DNA of 64,000 nucleotides from an uncultured Gemmatimonadales bacterium (GCA_963788625.1 CAWBHB010000004.1:71358-135357), one strand, 5' to 3'; positions 21,556-33,646 are shown, counted from the first letter of the stretch. Made by a program: numbers and translations. The notes: generated by a model from the letters alone, not told the origin.

Positions 21556-23418
21556 GTGAGTCGCGAGAAAGTCAGCCTACCACCGCTGGATGTTCTCCTC
21601 GTCGGGCTGTGGTGTGCCTTCATTTTCGGCCTGCTCGAGATTGGAATCATGGCGTTACTCGAGAGGGGCGACGAGAAGTTGGGCACCTTCATGAGCCCGG
21701 ATTTCGCCTGGATGACGCCGGTGGCCAATTCGATGCTGCTCCTGGCAGCCGGGACTCTCGTACTCCTGGTCGCATGGCTGGCCCGGGGACGAATCGGTTG
21801 GCCGGCAGTGCTCTGGACCTACGGGTTCCTCGCGGTTCTCTCCATTCTCTTCCGCTTTCCCTCGGTGGATCGTCGGGCGTGGGTCATCCTCGCAGCAGGG
21901 ATAGCACTCCAACTCCAGCGATGGATTGCGCCGCGGATGACTGAGTTTCGCCGGCTGGCGCGAAGGTCCCTGCCCTGGCTGGCGGGCCTTATCCTCTGTC
22001 TTGGCGTGGGTCGTCACGCCTGGCTGGCTTGGCAGGAGCGACGCGGCGTCGCAGCACTTCCTCCCGCAGACTCGGCAGCGCCCAATGTGCTGCTCATTAT
22101 CCTGGATACGGTTCGCGCGCTCGACCTTAGCGTGTACGGCTACCACCGCGCCACCACTCCCTTCCTGGAGCGCTTCGCCGCTCGCAGTGTGGTGTTCGAC
22201 CACGCCCTGGTCAATGCGCCTTGGACTCTCCCGTCTCACGCCTCGATCTTCACGGGACGGGTGCCCCACGAGAACAGCGCGGATTGGGTCACGCCGCTGG
22301 ACGATACCCACCCGGTGGTAGCCGAGGCCTTTGCGGCACAGGGATATGCCACCGCAGGGTTCGTGGCGAACCGGCGCTACACCGGGCGCCGGACTGGACT
22401 CGACCGGGGGTTCCACCACTATGCCGATTTCCTGGTTAATGAGGGTGAGCTGATCCACAGCAGCTCGATCGGCAGCTATTATCTCGACCAGAGCTGGTTC
22501 CGGGGGCTGTTTCGGTACTACGATCTGCCAGGGAGGAAGCGCGGGGACCGGGTCACCAAGGAAGTCCTGAACTGGCTGGAGCACCGCTCTGGGCGCCCCT
22601 ATTTCGTATTCCTCAACTACTTCGACGCGCACACCCCATTGCTCCCGGTGGCGCCGTACGACACGCTCTTCGTTCGGGGCGGCAGGACCCAGTTGGAACA
22701 GATGCTGGCTGCGAGTTATGCAGACAAAAAACCTTCGAGTGAGGAGCTCGAAATCCGGCGCGATGCCTATGATGGCACCATCGCCTATCTCGACCAGCAG
22801 ATTGAAGAGTTGCTCGGCGCGCTCGAACGGCGGGGCGACCTGGACCGGACGATCGTCGTCGTCACGTCCGACCATGGTGACCTGTTCGGCGAGAAGGGCG
22901 CCACCGGGCATGGCAACGATCTGTTTCGCCCCGCGGTCGACGTGCCGCTTCTCGTTTCCTATCCTCCCAAAGTTCCTCGCGGACGCCGCGTGACGACCGC
23001 CGTCTCGCTCCACGATCTCGCGGCCACAATGCTGTCGCTGGCCGGGGTGAACCAGCATCCGCTCCCGGGGCGCTCGCTCGAGCGTTTCTGGGGGGACCAC
23101 CCTCCGACCGGCATCACTGGCGGGGACACGCTCGTCATGGAGCTCAGCTACAACAAGCGGCTGCCGAAGAAAACGCAGGTGGCGAAAGGTGCGATGGCCT
23201 CCATCGTGCTCGATCGTTACCGCCTGGTCCGCAACGGCGATGGCTCGACGGAGTTGTACGATTTCCTGAATGACCCCGAGGAAACTACCGATCTGAGTCA
23301 GGCGCCGGAATTCGCCGAGGTGCTGACCCGGTTGAAGGCGGCGTTGCAGGTCGTCGCCGGGCCTCCCACGGGACGGGGGCCGCGTTACCGGGGAACCGCA
23401 GCGCTCGCCGGACCCTGA
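21556..23418 (+). CDS. membrane-anchored sulfatase-like hydrolase/transferase (alkaline-phosphatase superfamily)
   Basis: Uninterrupted 620 aa. N-terminal hydrophobic helices, NVLLIILDTVRALD, APWTLPSHASIFTG (Thr where FGly-type sulfatases have Cys/Ser), SDHGDLFGEKGATGHG. Confidence 0.85.
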   Translation: MSREKVSLPPLDVLLVGLWCAFIFGLLEIGIMALLERGDEKLGTFMSPDFAWMTPVANSMLLLAAGTLVLLVAWLARGRIGWPAVLWTYGFLAVLSILFRFPSVDRRAWVILAAGIALQLQRWIAPRMTEFRRLARRSLPWLAGLILCLGVGRHAWLAWQERRGVAALPPADSAAPNVLLIILDTVRALDLSVYGYHRATTPFLERFAARSVVFDHALVNAPWTLPSHASIFTGRVPHENSADWVTPLDDTHPVVAEAFAAQGYATAGFVANRRYTGRRTGLDRGFHHYADFLVNEGELIHSSSIGSYYLDQSWFRGLFRYYDLPGRKRGDRVTKEVLNWLEHRSGRPYFVFLNYFDAHTPLLPVAPYDTLFVRGGRTQLEQMLAASYADKKPSSEELEIRRDAYDGTIAYLDQQIEELLGALERRGDLDRTIVVVTSDHGDLFGEKGATGHGNDLFRPAVDVPLLVSYPPKVPRGRRVTTAVSLHDLAATMLSLAGVNQHPLPGRSLERFWGDHPPTGITGGDTLVMELSYNKRLPKKTQVAKGAMASIVLDRYRLVRNGDGSTELYDFLNDPEETTDLSQAPEFAEVLTRLKAALQVVAGPPTGRGPRYRGTAALAGP

Positions 23419-26400
23419 GCACTGCCATCGGGCCAACCGATGGCGACTGTCGTGCCTCGCCGTGGCACACTCTGGACCTCGACGGCCGCACCCCAGCTTT
23501 CGACGAGACGCTTCACGATGGCGAGCCCCAGCCCCGAGCCGCTCGTGGTGGTCGAGAACCTGGGCTCGAAGATGCGCGGGAGCAGCTCGGCTGGTATCCC
23601 ACGCCCGTTGTCTTTCACGGAAAAACCCGGGTTGGCCACGGACAGTTCAATCGAGCTCGCTCCGGCATTCCGGGCATTCTCCACCAGATTCCCCAGTACC
23701 TCCTTGAGCTCGTCGCGACGGGCCGGACGCCAGAGCGGTCCGTTCCCCTTCACCGATACCGAGACCCCTTCCCCGGTGAGCCGGTAAAGCTCCGCTACTT
23801 CGCGCGCGGTCGCGAGAAGGTCGACACTCTCCAGTGGAGCGGCATCTTCGACCGGCAACCCGAACCGGCTGAACCCCCGGGCAATCGTGTCCAACCGGTC
23901 GATCTCCGCCAGGATTCGACTCGATGTGGTCTCCAGTGTCTCGTCGAACTCGCCACGACGTTCGCGGTAGACCCGCCGCAGGTGCTGGATGCCGAGCCGG
24001 AGCGGTGTCAGCGGGTTCTTGATTTCGTGCGCGACTTGTCGCGCCATCTCGCCCCACGCCAGCACCCGCTCCGCCTGCGTGACGTCGGTGATGTCGTTGA
24101 GCGAAAGCACGATGCCGCCCACATCCGTCCCCAGGCGCTCCAACTGGAAGCGCAGCCGGCGTCCTTCGATCTCCAGCTCGCCCGCGGCAGGGCCTTCCTG
24201 GCTGAAGTTGAGCATCGCGGAGGCCAGCGGCGCCCACGCCGCGCCCAGCCCCGCGGCAAGGCCCTCGCCTTCCACCAGCGAATGTCCCAGCATTTCTCTC
24301 GCCCGGGGATTGGCGATGATCACGATCCCCCGCGCGTCCAGAGCCAGCACTCCGGTGGCAACGTCCGCCAGCACCGCCGCGGTTCGCCGCCGGGCGCTTT
24401 CCAATGCCGCCTGACTCGAGCGCACGTCGGAGGACATTCGCGCGAACGCGCCGAACAACTCCTCGAACTCGACAGGAGGCGTCCCCGGTGGGGGTGGTGT
24501 CTCTCCCCGTCCCAGTGAAAGCGCCGAGGTTCGGAGATCCGCGACCGGGCGCGCCAGCGCCCGAGCTACTACCTGTGCAGCCGCGACCGCGGCGGCGATT
24601 CCGACTAGTGTCGCCAACAGCAGGAAGAAGGCGAGGTCACGCTGGGTCTCGGCCAGGAACCAGTCGTCCGCCACTTGAGGCGTGGCCAGAATCCCGATCC
24701 CACCCGGAGGTCCGCTTTGGACGACGCGATAGCCCACCCGCACCGGAGACATGTAGGTCGTCCCATTTCGGATTTGCGCTATTTCGTCACCCAGCCCCAG
24801 ACGGACGAACACCCTGGGATCCACCAGCGGCTCGACCAATCCAAGATCGTGGAGGATGGGCGCGCTGGTGGCGAGCAAGGTACCGCCGCTGTAGAGCGCG
24901 AGATCGGCATCGAGACGGTCGGAAAGCTCCTGCAGGCCGAACGTCAGGATGTCGCCCGGACCGCGCAGCAGACCGCCCGCGGTGAACACCGCATCGCGCA
25001 GCACCTGGGAAATCAGCAAGTCGCGACTTCGGGCAGCCTCGGCGTCGAACCGGGAGAAATTCCAGGCGGCAAAGCCTGCGGCGGGCACCACGAAGAACAC
25101 CGCCAGGGTCGCAGCCAGACGGACTTGGAATGACCGGGCCGCACGCTTGAACGACCAGCGGCGTCTCGGACCCTCCAGCCGGACCGTGGTGAGGAGCCAG
25201 ACGCCGACCACGAGAGTCGCGTCCAGCAGGATGAGGAGCGCCCCGCGCACCGCGAGTGAGAGCGGCGCATGGAGCGATACCGATGCGTGGGCATGCCGCA
25301 CTGCGCCGAAGAGGGTCAGGGGACGGTCGTTGCGAACCTCCCATCCTACCCGGCGCCAGCCGACCAGCGCCGGTTCACCCGCAGTGCTGACCCCGGGAGG
25401 AGTCAGGGCCAGGTCGTACAACGGCGCGCCTTCCGCAGGAGGGCGCAGCAACCGTGAAAGCCGAGTCGGTGTGATCAGCCGGGTCCGCGGTCCGATGGCC
25501 GCGGTAAACACATTGCCATCATCCAACCGTTGCAGCAGGATGTAGTGCAGACCCGGGACTCGCGCGGCGCGGGTGATGGTGCGCGGCGTACTGCTGTCCA
25601 TTCCCTGCACCAGCGCCGATAACAACGGAGTCGGAAGGTCCAGGGAATCGAGCGCGAGATCGGCCTCGGCGGTCGCCCCGTGTCCCCCACAGGCTGAGCC
25701 GCACCGGATAGTCCTGCTCTCCCAGATAGGAGGTGCGCCAGAGGGCATACATCTCCGCCGTGGTCTGCACTCCGCCCTGGGCCGCGAGCTGCTCCCCCAA
25801 CCGCTCGAGCAGCGGCTCGGCCAGTGGATCCTCTACCGCACCAAGCCGTCCCATGGTCTCGCTGCGCGACAGCTATGCGACCATTGAGCACCGCCGCCCA
25901 GGTCACCAGCGATGCCGCACTCCCCGCGACCATCGCGATGGCGACGACGGTTCCCCAGCGCGGCGTCGAGCGAGCGACCAGAAATAGCGCCGGCAGCCAT
26001 AGCAGCGTATACCATCCGGGATAACCGAGGGGCGGACTCCACACCCGGAGCCCGATCAGCGCGGCCGAGAGCGCGAGTCCCACTCCCAGCAACAAGCCGC
26101 GGTCGTTCGAGGCGGCTGGGTTCGAGGAGCCGGTCGCAGACACGCAGCGGCGAGGACAATGACCGCACTCGCGGCCAGCGCCAGGACCACCTGCCAGGTT
26201 GTCCACAGCTGCGCGGAGACGCCATTCAACGGAGGTGTGATTCCGCGCCCCAGCTCGGTGAGAAAAGACGGTGCCGCGCCGAGCAGGAGCAGCCCGACTA
26301 ACCAATGCCACGGCCGGCGTGGCACGTTGCGACGCCAGAGCCAGAAGGCTCCGAGCAGGAGGAGCAGACTCGAGAGTCCCAGAGCCCCGGCCGAGGTGGT

Positions 26401-27419
26401 AAACGGGCCGAAGGATGCACGGAAGAAGGTGGCGGGGGAGAACAGGTCATCGAACCCGAGCGCGGATCCCGCGGGAGAGCGGAGGCCGAGCCAGAGGAGT
26501 GCCGGCGAGCGAAGCAAGCAGAGTGGCCGGGCCCGCCGCTCCGAGTACTCCGATCAGGAGCACCAGCACAGTCGCGGCAGCGACCCCTCGACTCGCCACC
26601 GCAAGCTCCCTCTCCTTGGCCTCGCCCTGGTCGGGCGGAACCGGCAGGACGCTGAAGAGGAGCCGGGGGCCCGCCGTGGTCGGCTCCTCGAAATCGAACA
26701 GGTCGGACTGGCGCGGGGCGGTACCAGGCGGGAAGACTTCGAGACCGACTCGGGTCCGAGCGGCGAACCGGGCGCTCAGGCTTCGTTCAGGACGGGGCGC
26801 GGTCGGGTGGGCCCAGATCAGGGTGCTCGCCACCACCACCCGGCCCTCCGGCGAGTGGCGGCGCGTCTCCAGCACGACGTAATATCCATCGGCTCGTACG
26901 GCGATCGAGTCGCCCTCGGCGTCGGGCAGCAACCGATGTCGCCCCGCCCAGGCCCACGGCGTTCCCGTTGCTTCGAGGATGGCGACGCCAAGCTCAGGTC
27001 CGGGCCGGAGTTGGTCGATTGGTCCAGTGAACGGAACGCTGCGACGCGATCACCCTTGGCGACCTCGAGCGCCTTCGCGGTCGCATCGTCGGCCCGGTGC
27101 AGCGCCTGGCGAAGTTCGGTTTCGAGCTGTTGGGAGGCTTGGGTGACGAAACGCTCGCGTACCACCGACCACTGGTGTTCGATGGAACTCAGCCGACGCC
27201 CGCCGATGGCCATGGCCAGTGTGAGGACGGCAAGCGCGCCGGAAAGAGCGACCGTCCACCGCTGCCGCCACGGCCGCGAGAGGTATATCGCGCCAAGCAG
27301 GAGGACCGCGACAGCGAAGGCCCAGATCGGTGCGGGACGGCGCAGCCATTCCGCGCCGCGGCCACGGCCGTCGCGCCAAGGATTACCGACCAGCCATGAC
27401 GATGGATCAGAACGGACAT
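23385..27419 (-). CDS. very large multi-pass sensor histidine kinase (NtrY-like HAMP-PAS-HisKA-HATPase C-terminus); N-terminal half frame-broken many times
   Basis: C-terminal 787 aa are uninterrupted (HEIKNPLTPLRLGIQHL, NLVENARNA, DNGRGI, GSGLGLAIV). Upstream fragments 25475..26311, 26056..26517, 26447..26932, 26818..27213 and 27189..27524 read on as one membrane/periplasmic N-terminus from MSVLIHRHGW (27419). Confidence 0.8.
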
Positions 27420-28058
27420 CCGTTGTGCCTCAAAGACCTGACCGCTGGAGCAGTGCGCGGTCTGGTCGCCGCCCGGCCGTGGCTCATCATCCCGGTGGGA
27501 ACCCTCGAGGGACACGCACCCCATCTCCCGCTGGGAGTCATCGGGGTACTGGTCGAGCGTCTGGCGGACGATCTTTCGGCTCGGTTTCGCGTGGTGCGGT
27601 CGCCTCTCATTTCATTCGGGGTCAACCGGCCCGATACCTCCTGCCTTCCCGGTTCGGCCGGCCTCCAGCGCAAGACGTTGCACCGGGTCATGAACGAACT
27701 TATCGCGTCTTGGGAAGCGTCGGCAGGGATCGAGGAGTTCGTGGTGCTCTCCGCCCAGGTCCTACGATCCCCATCTCGAGGCCCTCGGAACCATCCGCCC
27801 GCTCAAGGCCCGGCTTGCAGGTGGTGGACCTCTCCACCTTCGATCCGGCGGAGTTTGCCGGCGACGCCCGCCGGCAGCATCACGCCGCTGGCCGCAGAAA
27901 CGTCGCTCGCGCTCTACCTCGCCGGCGGACAGGTATGGCAGGATCAGAACGTGACGATTCCCGACGGCGCCACAGCCGAGCTGGGCCAGCGGATTTATAC
28001 TTTCATGCTGGATCGAGTGGCATCCCGCTGCTTCCCCTTTCCCCATGGCCAGGCATGA
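27396..28058 (+). CDS. creatininase-family amidohydrolase, frame broken near 27770-27880
   Basis: WLIIPVGTLEGHAPHLPLGV, LHRVMNELIASW; the tail returns to the first frame (AELGQRIYTFMLDRV). Confidence 0.7.
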   Translation: MTMDQNGHPLCLKDLTAGAVRGLVAARPWLIIPVGTLEGHAPHLPLGVIGVLVERLADDLSARFRVVRSPLISFGVNRPDTSCLPGSAGLQRKTLHRVMNELIASWEASAGIEEFVVLSAQVLRSPSRGPRNHPPAQGPACRWWTSPPSIRRSLPATPAGSITPLAAETSLALYLAGGQVWQDQNVTIPDGATAELGQRIYTFMLDRVASRCFPFPHGQA

Positions 28059-28733
28059 CTGCTTCCCTGCGGATCTTTCCGTTAGTAGCGTGCCTCGCCG
28101 CCGGTGCCGTGCCGGCATCAGCGCAAAACGATCAGGGAGTTCTCATCATCAGCAGGGCTGGACAGGAAATCGGGCGGGAGTCATTCCGGCGGGTGGTTAA
28201 CAAAGCCGACCCGAGCGTAGTGGACAGCTTCACCTCGATCGCCCGATTTCCCGCCACCAAGCCGGGGCTCGAACTGAGCGCTGTTTGGGGCCGCAGCGGT
28301 CCCGATGCGTTTACCCTCTTGCTGGACCGGCGCGGGAAAACGGAGGCCACCAGCCAAATCCTGGTGGCGGGAGGGCGCAATCGGATCACGGTGCGAGTAG
28401 TAGGGCGCGGTGGCGAGAGCGCGCAACGAGTTTCCCGGCGGGCCTGGGGTTGTCATACTGGAAGACAGCCTTTTCGCACCGTATCTCCAGATCGTGGCAC
28501 TGGCCGGTGAAAAAGCCACACCGATGACCGCGCTCTTCCCCCGTTCGGGCCGCAGGCTCGCCTTTCATGCGGAGCGGGTGTCGGGATCCACAACCAACCC
28601 CCCGGATCCGGCTGCCATCCAACAGATCCGGCTGACCGGGGGCTTGATCGGAGAGATCCAGTTGGACGCGGGAGGAAGGCTGATTCGGATCGTGCGACCC
28701 GATTTCGGAGTTGAGGCGTCCCGCGCGCCCTAG
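28055..28733 (+). CDS. hypothetical secreted protein, one frame break near 28430
   Basis: MTASLRIFPLVACLAAGAVPASAQ signal peptide (tail of artefact ORF 26159..28510), continued by 28410..28733. The ATG overlaps the preceding stop. Confidence 0.5.
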
Positions 28734-28849
28734 CAATCCTGCCTCGTCTGGCGCATCCGTTGACGGGTTTGTCCCAAGCTGAAACTGCCTGGATGCACCC
28801 TCCGTATGAGGGGCAGCCGCGTTCTCCACCAATCATTTGGGATGCTAAC

Positions 28850-30394
28850 ATGCGACGCAGCTGGACCCTTTCCGCCAGCCTGATCCTGCTTGTTGTGTGC
28901 GGCAACGCGGCGTCGGCGCAGACGCCTGATTCGACGGTCCCACCTCCGACTGCCACGCTTTCCCTCGAGGAGGCGCTGACCCAGGCAAGGACCAGCAGCC
29001 CGGAGTATCGCCAGGTTCTCAACAACGAAGGGCCCGCGAAGTGGGCCTTGAGGAACGCCTACGGCAATCTGCTCCCCGGAGCGGATGTTGAGCGGCGGAG
29101 TTGGATACACCGGTACTGGCCAGGCCAACCTGGGGCAGGGATTCACCCAGCAAACTTCGGCCTTCGTCCAGTCGAACTGGCAAGCGAGACTCACCTACCA
29201 GCTGGACGGCGCCCGACTGATCGGGCCCGGCCAGCAGAAGGCAAACCTCAAGGCCACGGATGAAGAGATCGACAACGAGGCGCGTGACACTGCGGTTCAA
29301 CATCACGAACCAATACCTGATCGCGCGCGGCCACGTGCCGCGCAGGTGGCGGTCTCCCGCCAGCAGGTGGAACGCAACCAGAGTTTCCTGGAGCTGGCGC
29401 AGGCCCGCTTCAAGGTGGGCCAGGGTACCCTGATCGAGGTGCGGCAGGCCGAGGTGCAAAAAGGCACCGCCGACGTCCAGTTGCTGCGTGACCAGCAGGC
29501 GGAGAACGAGGCCAAGCTGGAGTTGTTCCGCCAGATGGGCGTTGCACCTCCGGTTGAGGTGCAACACATCGCGCTGACCGACTCGTTTCCGGTGACCGAG
29601 CCTACCTTCGAGTTGGACGACGCTGTTGCAGATGGCTGCGGAGGAAAACCCGGCCCTCCGGGCGTTGCGCTACCGGCGGGACGCGGCGTCGTCCGGCGTC
29701 GGCGTCGCCAAGTCGCCGTTCTTTCCCTCGCTCTTTGCGTCGGCCGCGTGGGGAGGGTTCACCAACCAGCAGACCGATGAGGGCCTGTTGCTGCAGCAGG
29801 CAACGCTCGGCGCACAGGGGCAGGCCCAGGGCTGCGTCTTTGAGGATTCGGTGCGATCGGCGCTTGCCTTCCCCGGTGTAATTGGCTCTGCCGGCTGCTT
29901 TCAGCGCGCCGGCCTCAATGCCGACGGGAACCGCGTTGACCCCCGCCGCAAAGGACCGGATCCTCGACGCCAACGGAACCTTCCCGGGACACTTCATCAA
30001 GAACCCCTTCCAGTTTCAAGTCGGCGTTTCCCTGCCGATCTTCACCGGGTTTGGCCGGTCACTGCAGCTCTCCCAGGCGAGGGAGCTCGAGGATGACGCG
30101 GATGAGAACGTTCGCGCCGCGGCCCTCCGGATCCAGACCGAGGTGAACACGCGGTATCTCGCCTTGAATGCGGCCTACAAGGCCATCGGGGTTCAGGCTC
30201 AAAGCCGGGAGGCAGCCCGCGACCAGCTCCGGCTGGCGCAGGATCGCTACCGGCTGGGCAGTGGCAGCTCACTCGAGGTCACCGATGCACAGAACGCGGT
30301 GCAGCGGGCTGAAGGCGATTACATCGCCGCTACGTATGCGTATCACCGGGCCGTGGCGATCCTGGAGGCTGCGGTTGGTCGCCCGCTCCGCTAA
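28850..30394 (+). CDS. TolC-family outer-membrane efflux protein, several frame breaks
   Basis: Signal MRRSWTLSASLILLVVCGNAASAQ, LSLEEALTQARTSSPEYRQ, and C-terminal repeat LRLAQDRYRLGSGSSLEVTDAQNAVQRAEGDYIAATYAYHRAVAILEAAVG (29882..30394). Confidence 0.85.
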
Positions 30395-30411
30395 CCAAAC
30401 GAGGGTGTGAA

Positions 30412-31695
30412 ATGTCGCGTCGCATGAAGCTCAGTCTCGTCTTGATTGTGCTGCTGGTCCTCATCGGCGGCGTCGTCGCCCTCACCGCCGCCAAGAAGAA
30501 CAAGAAGGCGGTCGAAGTCCGGATGGAAGAGGTGGGGACGCGGGACCTGGTCTCGACCGTCACCGCCAGCGGGAAGATCGAGCCTGAGACCAAGGTCGAC
30601 ATCCTGAGCGACATCCAGGGACGCATCACCGAGATCGCCGTGAAAGAGGGCGACATGGTGAAGAAGGGCGAGTTCCTGCTCCAGATCGACCCGGGCCTCT
30701 ACCAGGCCGCCGTCTCCCGAGCCGAAGCGCTGCTCGCTTCCGCTCAGAGCGACCTGATCCGGAGTCGCGCCAACCTGGATCAGGCCGAGCGGGCCCTCAA
30801 ACGAGCCAAGGACCTGCAGTCATCGAACACGAGCCTCATATCCGAAGAGGCGGTGGAGCAGTCGGAGACCGCGCGCGACGTGGCCCAGGCCAACCTCGTG
30901 TCCAGCCAGGCCCAGGTGGATCAGGCCCGGGCCGGTCTCCAGGAAGCCCAGGACAACCTGCGCAAGACCCGATTGGTCGCGCCGATCTCCGGCCGGGTGA
31001 CCCGGCTCGAGGTCGAGGAAGGTGAAGTCGCCGTCCCGGGTACCTTCTCCCGCGACGTGGGCCTGCTGATGACCATCGCCGACATGTCGGTGATCCTGGC
31101 CAAGGTCCAGGTGGACGAGACCGATGTGGTCCGTCTGCAGGAAGGAGACTCGGTGGAAGTGAGCATCGATGCCTTCCCCGACACCAGCTTCCTCGGCCGG
31201 GTTACCAAGATCAGCAACAGCGCTCAGCTCACCGCGACCCAGACTGCATCGGGTTCCAACGACCGGGCGGTGGACTTCGATGTGGAAGTCACCTTGGCCA
31301 AGCCGCCGGCAGACATCCGCCCCGACCTGAGCTGCACCGCGCGGGTTATCACCGACGTGCGGAAGGGCGTGCTCAGCGTGCCCATCATCGCCCTGACGGT
31401 GCGGGAGAATGAGCCGGTGCCCAACGAATCGGCTCCGCGCGACACGCTCATGAAGCCCAGCGCCGGGAAGAAGAAGGAGACCGAGGGTGTCTTCGTGGTG
31501 AACAACGGCCTCGCCACCTTCCGGCCGGTCAAGGTCGGGATCGCGGGTGAGGAGTACTTCGAGGTCGTCGAGGGCGTGAAGTCGGGTGAGACCATCGTCT
31601 CCGGCAGCTACCAGGCGATCCGGGACCTCAAGGACGGCACCAAGGTCAAGAAGGCCGCGAGCGATTCGGGGAAGAAGGAGGAGAAGAAGTCATGA
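30412..31695 (+). CDS. efflux periplasmic adaptor (HlyD/MacA-type membrane fusion protein)
   Basis: Uninterrupted 427 aa. N-terminal TM, coiled-coil region, [19 protein letters not shown], beta-barrel/MP domains. Confidence 0.9.
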   Translation: MSRRMKLSLVLIVLLVLIGGVVALTAAKKNKKAVEVRMEEVGTRDLVSTVTASGKIEPETKVDILSDIQGRITEIAVKEGDMVKKGEFLLQIDPGLYQAAVSRAEALLASAQSDLIRSRANLDQAERALKRAKDLQSSNTSLISEEAVEQSETARDVAQANLVSSQAQVDQARAGLQEAQDNLRKTRLVAPISGRVTRLEVEEGEVAVPGTFSRDVGLLMTIADMSVILAKVQVDETDVVRLQEGDSVEVSIDAFPDTSFLGRVTKISNSAQLTATQTASGSNDRAVDFDVEVTLAKPPADIRPDLSCTARVITDVRKGVLSVPIIALTVRENEPVPNESAPRDTLMKPSAGKKKETEGVFVVNNGLATFRPVKVGIAGEEYFEVVEGVKSGETIVSGSYQAIRDLKDGTKVKKAASDSGKKEEKKS

Positions 31696-32393
31696 GCGAC
31701 CTGGTGATCCAGGTGGAGGATCTGGTCCGCGAGTATGACATGGGCGCGGAGAAGGTCCTGGCACTCAGGGGCCTCACCCTGGGCATCCGCCGCAACGAGT
31801 ACGTCGCCATCATGGGACCCTCGGGCTCCGGGAAGTCCACCTTCATGAACCTGCTGGGCTGTCTCGACACGCCCAATGGCGGCACCTACTGGCTCAATGG
31901 GCAGGAGGTGTCGCGGATGTCGGACGACGCCCTGGCCCGGGTCAGGAACCGGGAAATCGGCTTCGTGTTTCAGACGTTCAACCTCCTGCCCCGCGCCACC
32001 GCCCTCCACAACGTGGAGCTGCCTTTGGTCTACGCCGGGGTCTCGGCCGGGGAGCGGCGGCGGCGGGCCCGCCAGGCGTTGGAACGTGTCGGCCTCGGCG
32101 ATCGTATGGCACATCGTCCCAACGAGCTCTCCGGCGGGCAGCGTCAGCGGGTGGCGATCGCGCGGGCCCTGGTCAACAGCCCTTCCCTGCTCCTCGCGGA
32201 CGAGCCCACCGGAAACCTCGACAGCACCACGAGCGAGGAGATCATGGCCGTCTTCGGGGAGCTGCACAGCCAGGGACAGACCATCGTCGTGGTGACCCAT
32301 GAACCCTCGATCGCCCAGTACGCCGAGCGGGTGATCGTGTTGCGCGACGGGCGGCTCGACACCGACACCCGGAATACGAAGGCCGCAGCCTGA
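31692..32393 (+). CDS. ABC transporter ATP-binding protein (MacB/LolD type)
   Basis: GPSGSGKST Walker [28 protein letters not shown]. Start overlaps the adaptor stop. Confidence 0.93.
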   Translation: MSDLVIQVEDLVREYDMGAEKVLALRGLTLGIRRNEYVAIMGPSGSGKSTFMNLLGCLDTPNGGTYWLNGQEVSRMSDDALARVRNREIGFVFQTFNLLPRATALHNVELPLVYAGVSAGERRRRARQALERVGLGDRMAHRPNELSGGQRQRVAIARALVNSPSLLLADEPTGNLDSTTSEEIMAVFGELHSQGQTIVVVTHEPSIAQYAERVIVLRDGRLDTDTRNTKAAA

Positions 32394-32394
32394 G

Positions 32395-33636
32395 ATGCCG
32401 CTGTTCGAGGCGGTGCGGATGGCGCTCCGCACCATCGTCAATCAGAAGCTCAAGAGCTTCTTCTCGCTGATCGGGGTCCTGATCGGCGTCACCTTCCTCA
32501 TTGCGGTTGTCTCGATCGTGCAGGGCATGAACGTGTACATGGAGGATCAGTTCGCCAACCAGCTGATCGGACTGAACACCTTCACCCTCCGCCGTGCCCC
32601 CGGCATCAACACCGGTAACGTCACCGACGACGAATGGCGTGAATGGATGCGCCGCCCGCGGATCACCTATGACGATGCGGACTACGTCGCCGAGCGTTTG
32701 AGGACCCCCGCCACCTTCGCCCGCTTCTGCTCCGACCGGATGGTGATCAGCTACGGCACCAAGCAGGCGAAGGACATCGAGCTGATGGGGACCGAGCCCA
32801 GCTATTTCGACATCAAGAACATCGGGCTGGCCTCGGGCCGGATCTTCACCCCGCAGGAAGTCCGCGTCGGCGCGCCGGTCCTGGTGATCGGCGACCTGCT
32901 GGCCGAGAAACTCTTCGAGGGAATCGATCCGTTGGAGAAGGAAGTGCGGATCGCGGGGCTGCCCTACCGGGTGATCGGGGTCGCCGCGAAGCGCGGCACC
33001 CTGTTCGGCCTCTCACTGGACAAGTTCGCGGTGATGCCGTTCCGGGCGCCGGCTCGGCGACACATCTGCCCGATGAACGTCCTGGATGAACTCCAGATCA
33101 AGACCGCGAATCCGACCCAGATGCTGGTGGCAATGGGCGAGACGGAATCGCTGATGCGCAACAAGCGGCACCTGCGCCCGGGCCAGCAGAACAACTTCGC
33201 CCTGCAGTCGGCCGAGGGCGCCCTCGAGGGATGGAAGAGCATTTCCAAGATCCTGATCACGGCCCTGCCGATGCTGGTCGCGATATCGCTCGTCGTCGGC
33301 GGGATCGTGATCATGAACATCATGCTCATGGCCGTGGCGGAGCGCACCCGGGAGATCGGGATCCGGAAGGCGCTCGGCGCCAAGCGTCGCGACATCCTCG
33401 CCCAATTCGTGGTGGAGAGCGCTACGCTGGCGACGGTGGGAGCGGCCTTCGGAGTCGGGACCGGAATCGGGCTCGCCTTCCTGGTCCGCGGGCTCACTCC
33501 CCTGCCGGCCGCAGTGGCGCCCTGGTCGATCGCGGTCGGGGTGATTCTCGGCATGACGGTGGGCATTCTCGCCGGGGTGTACCCCGCGAGCCGGGCGTCC
33601 CGGCTCGACCCCATCGTCGCGCTCCGCGCCGAATAG
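32395..33636 (+). CDS. ABC transporter permease 1 (MacB_PCD + FtsX)
   Basis: Uninterrupted 413 aa with AERTREIGIRKALGAKRRDI and a C-terminal LDPIVALRAE. Confidence 0.9.
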   Translation: MPLFEAVRMALRTIVNQKLKSFFSLIGVLIGVTFLIAVVSIVQGMNVYMEDQFANQLIGLNTFTLRRAPGINTGNVTDDEWREWMRRPRITYDDADYVAERLRTPATFARFCSDRMVISYGTKQAKDIELMGTEPSYFDIKNIGLASGRIFTPQEVRVGAPVLVIGDLLAEKLFEGIDPLEKEVRIAGLPYRVIGVAAKRGTLFGLSLDKFAVMPFRAPARRHICPMNVLDELQIKTANPTQMLVAMGETESLMRNKRHLRPGQQNNFALQSAEGALEGWKSISKILITALPMLVAISLVVGGIVIMNIMLMAVAERTREIGIRKALGAKRRDILAQFVVESATLATVGAAFGVGTGIGLAFLVRGLTPLPAAVAPWSIAVGVILGMTVGILAGVYPASRASRLDPIVALRAE

Positions 33637-33646
33637 TGGAGATCCA

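Noticed and set aside
21655-23436. 593-aa minus-strand ORF
   Set aside because: Antisense to the intact sulfatase-like gene. Low-complexity Arg/Pro/Gly translation.
26159-28510. 783-aa ORF on the plus strand, the longest in that region
   Set aside because: Arg/Pro/Gly/Ser-rich low-complexity translation, antisense to the N-terminal half of the large sensor kinase. Only its last ~150 codons (from 28055) look like a real, separate secreted protein. A typical high-GC artefact.
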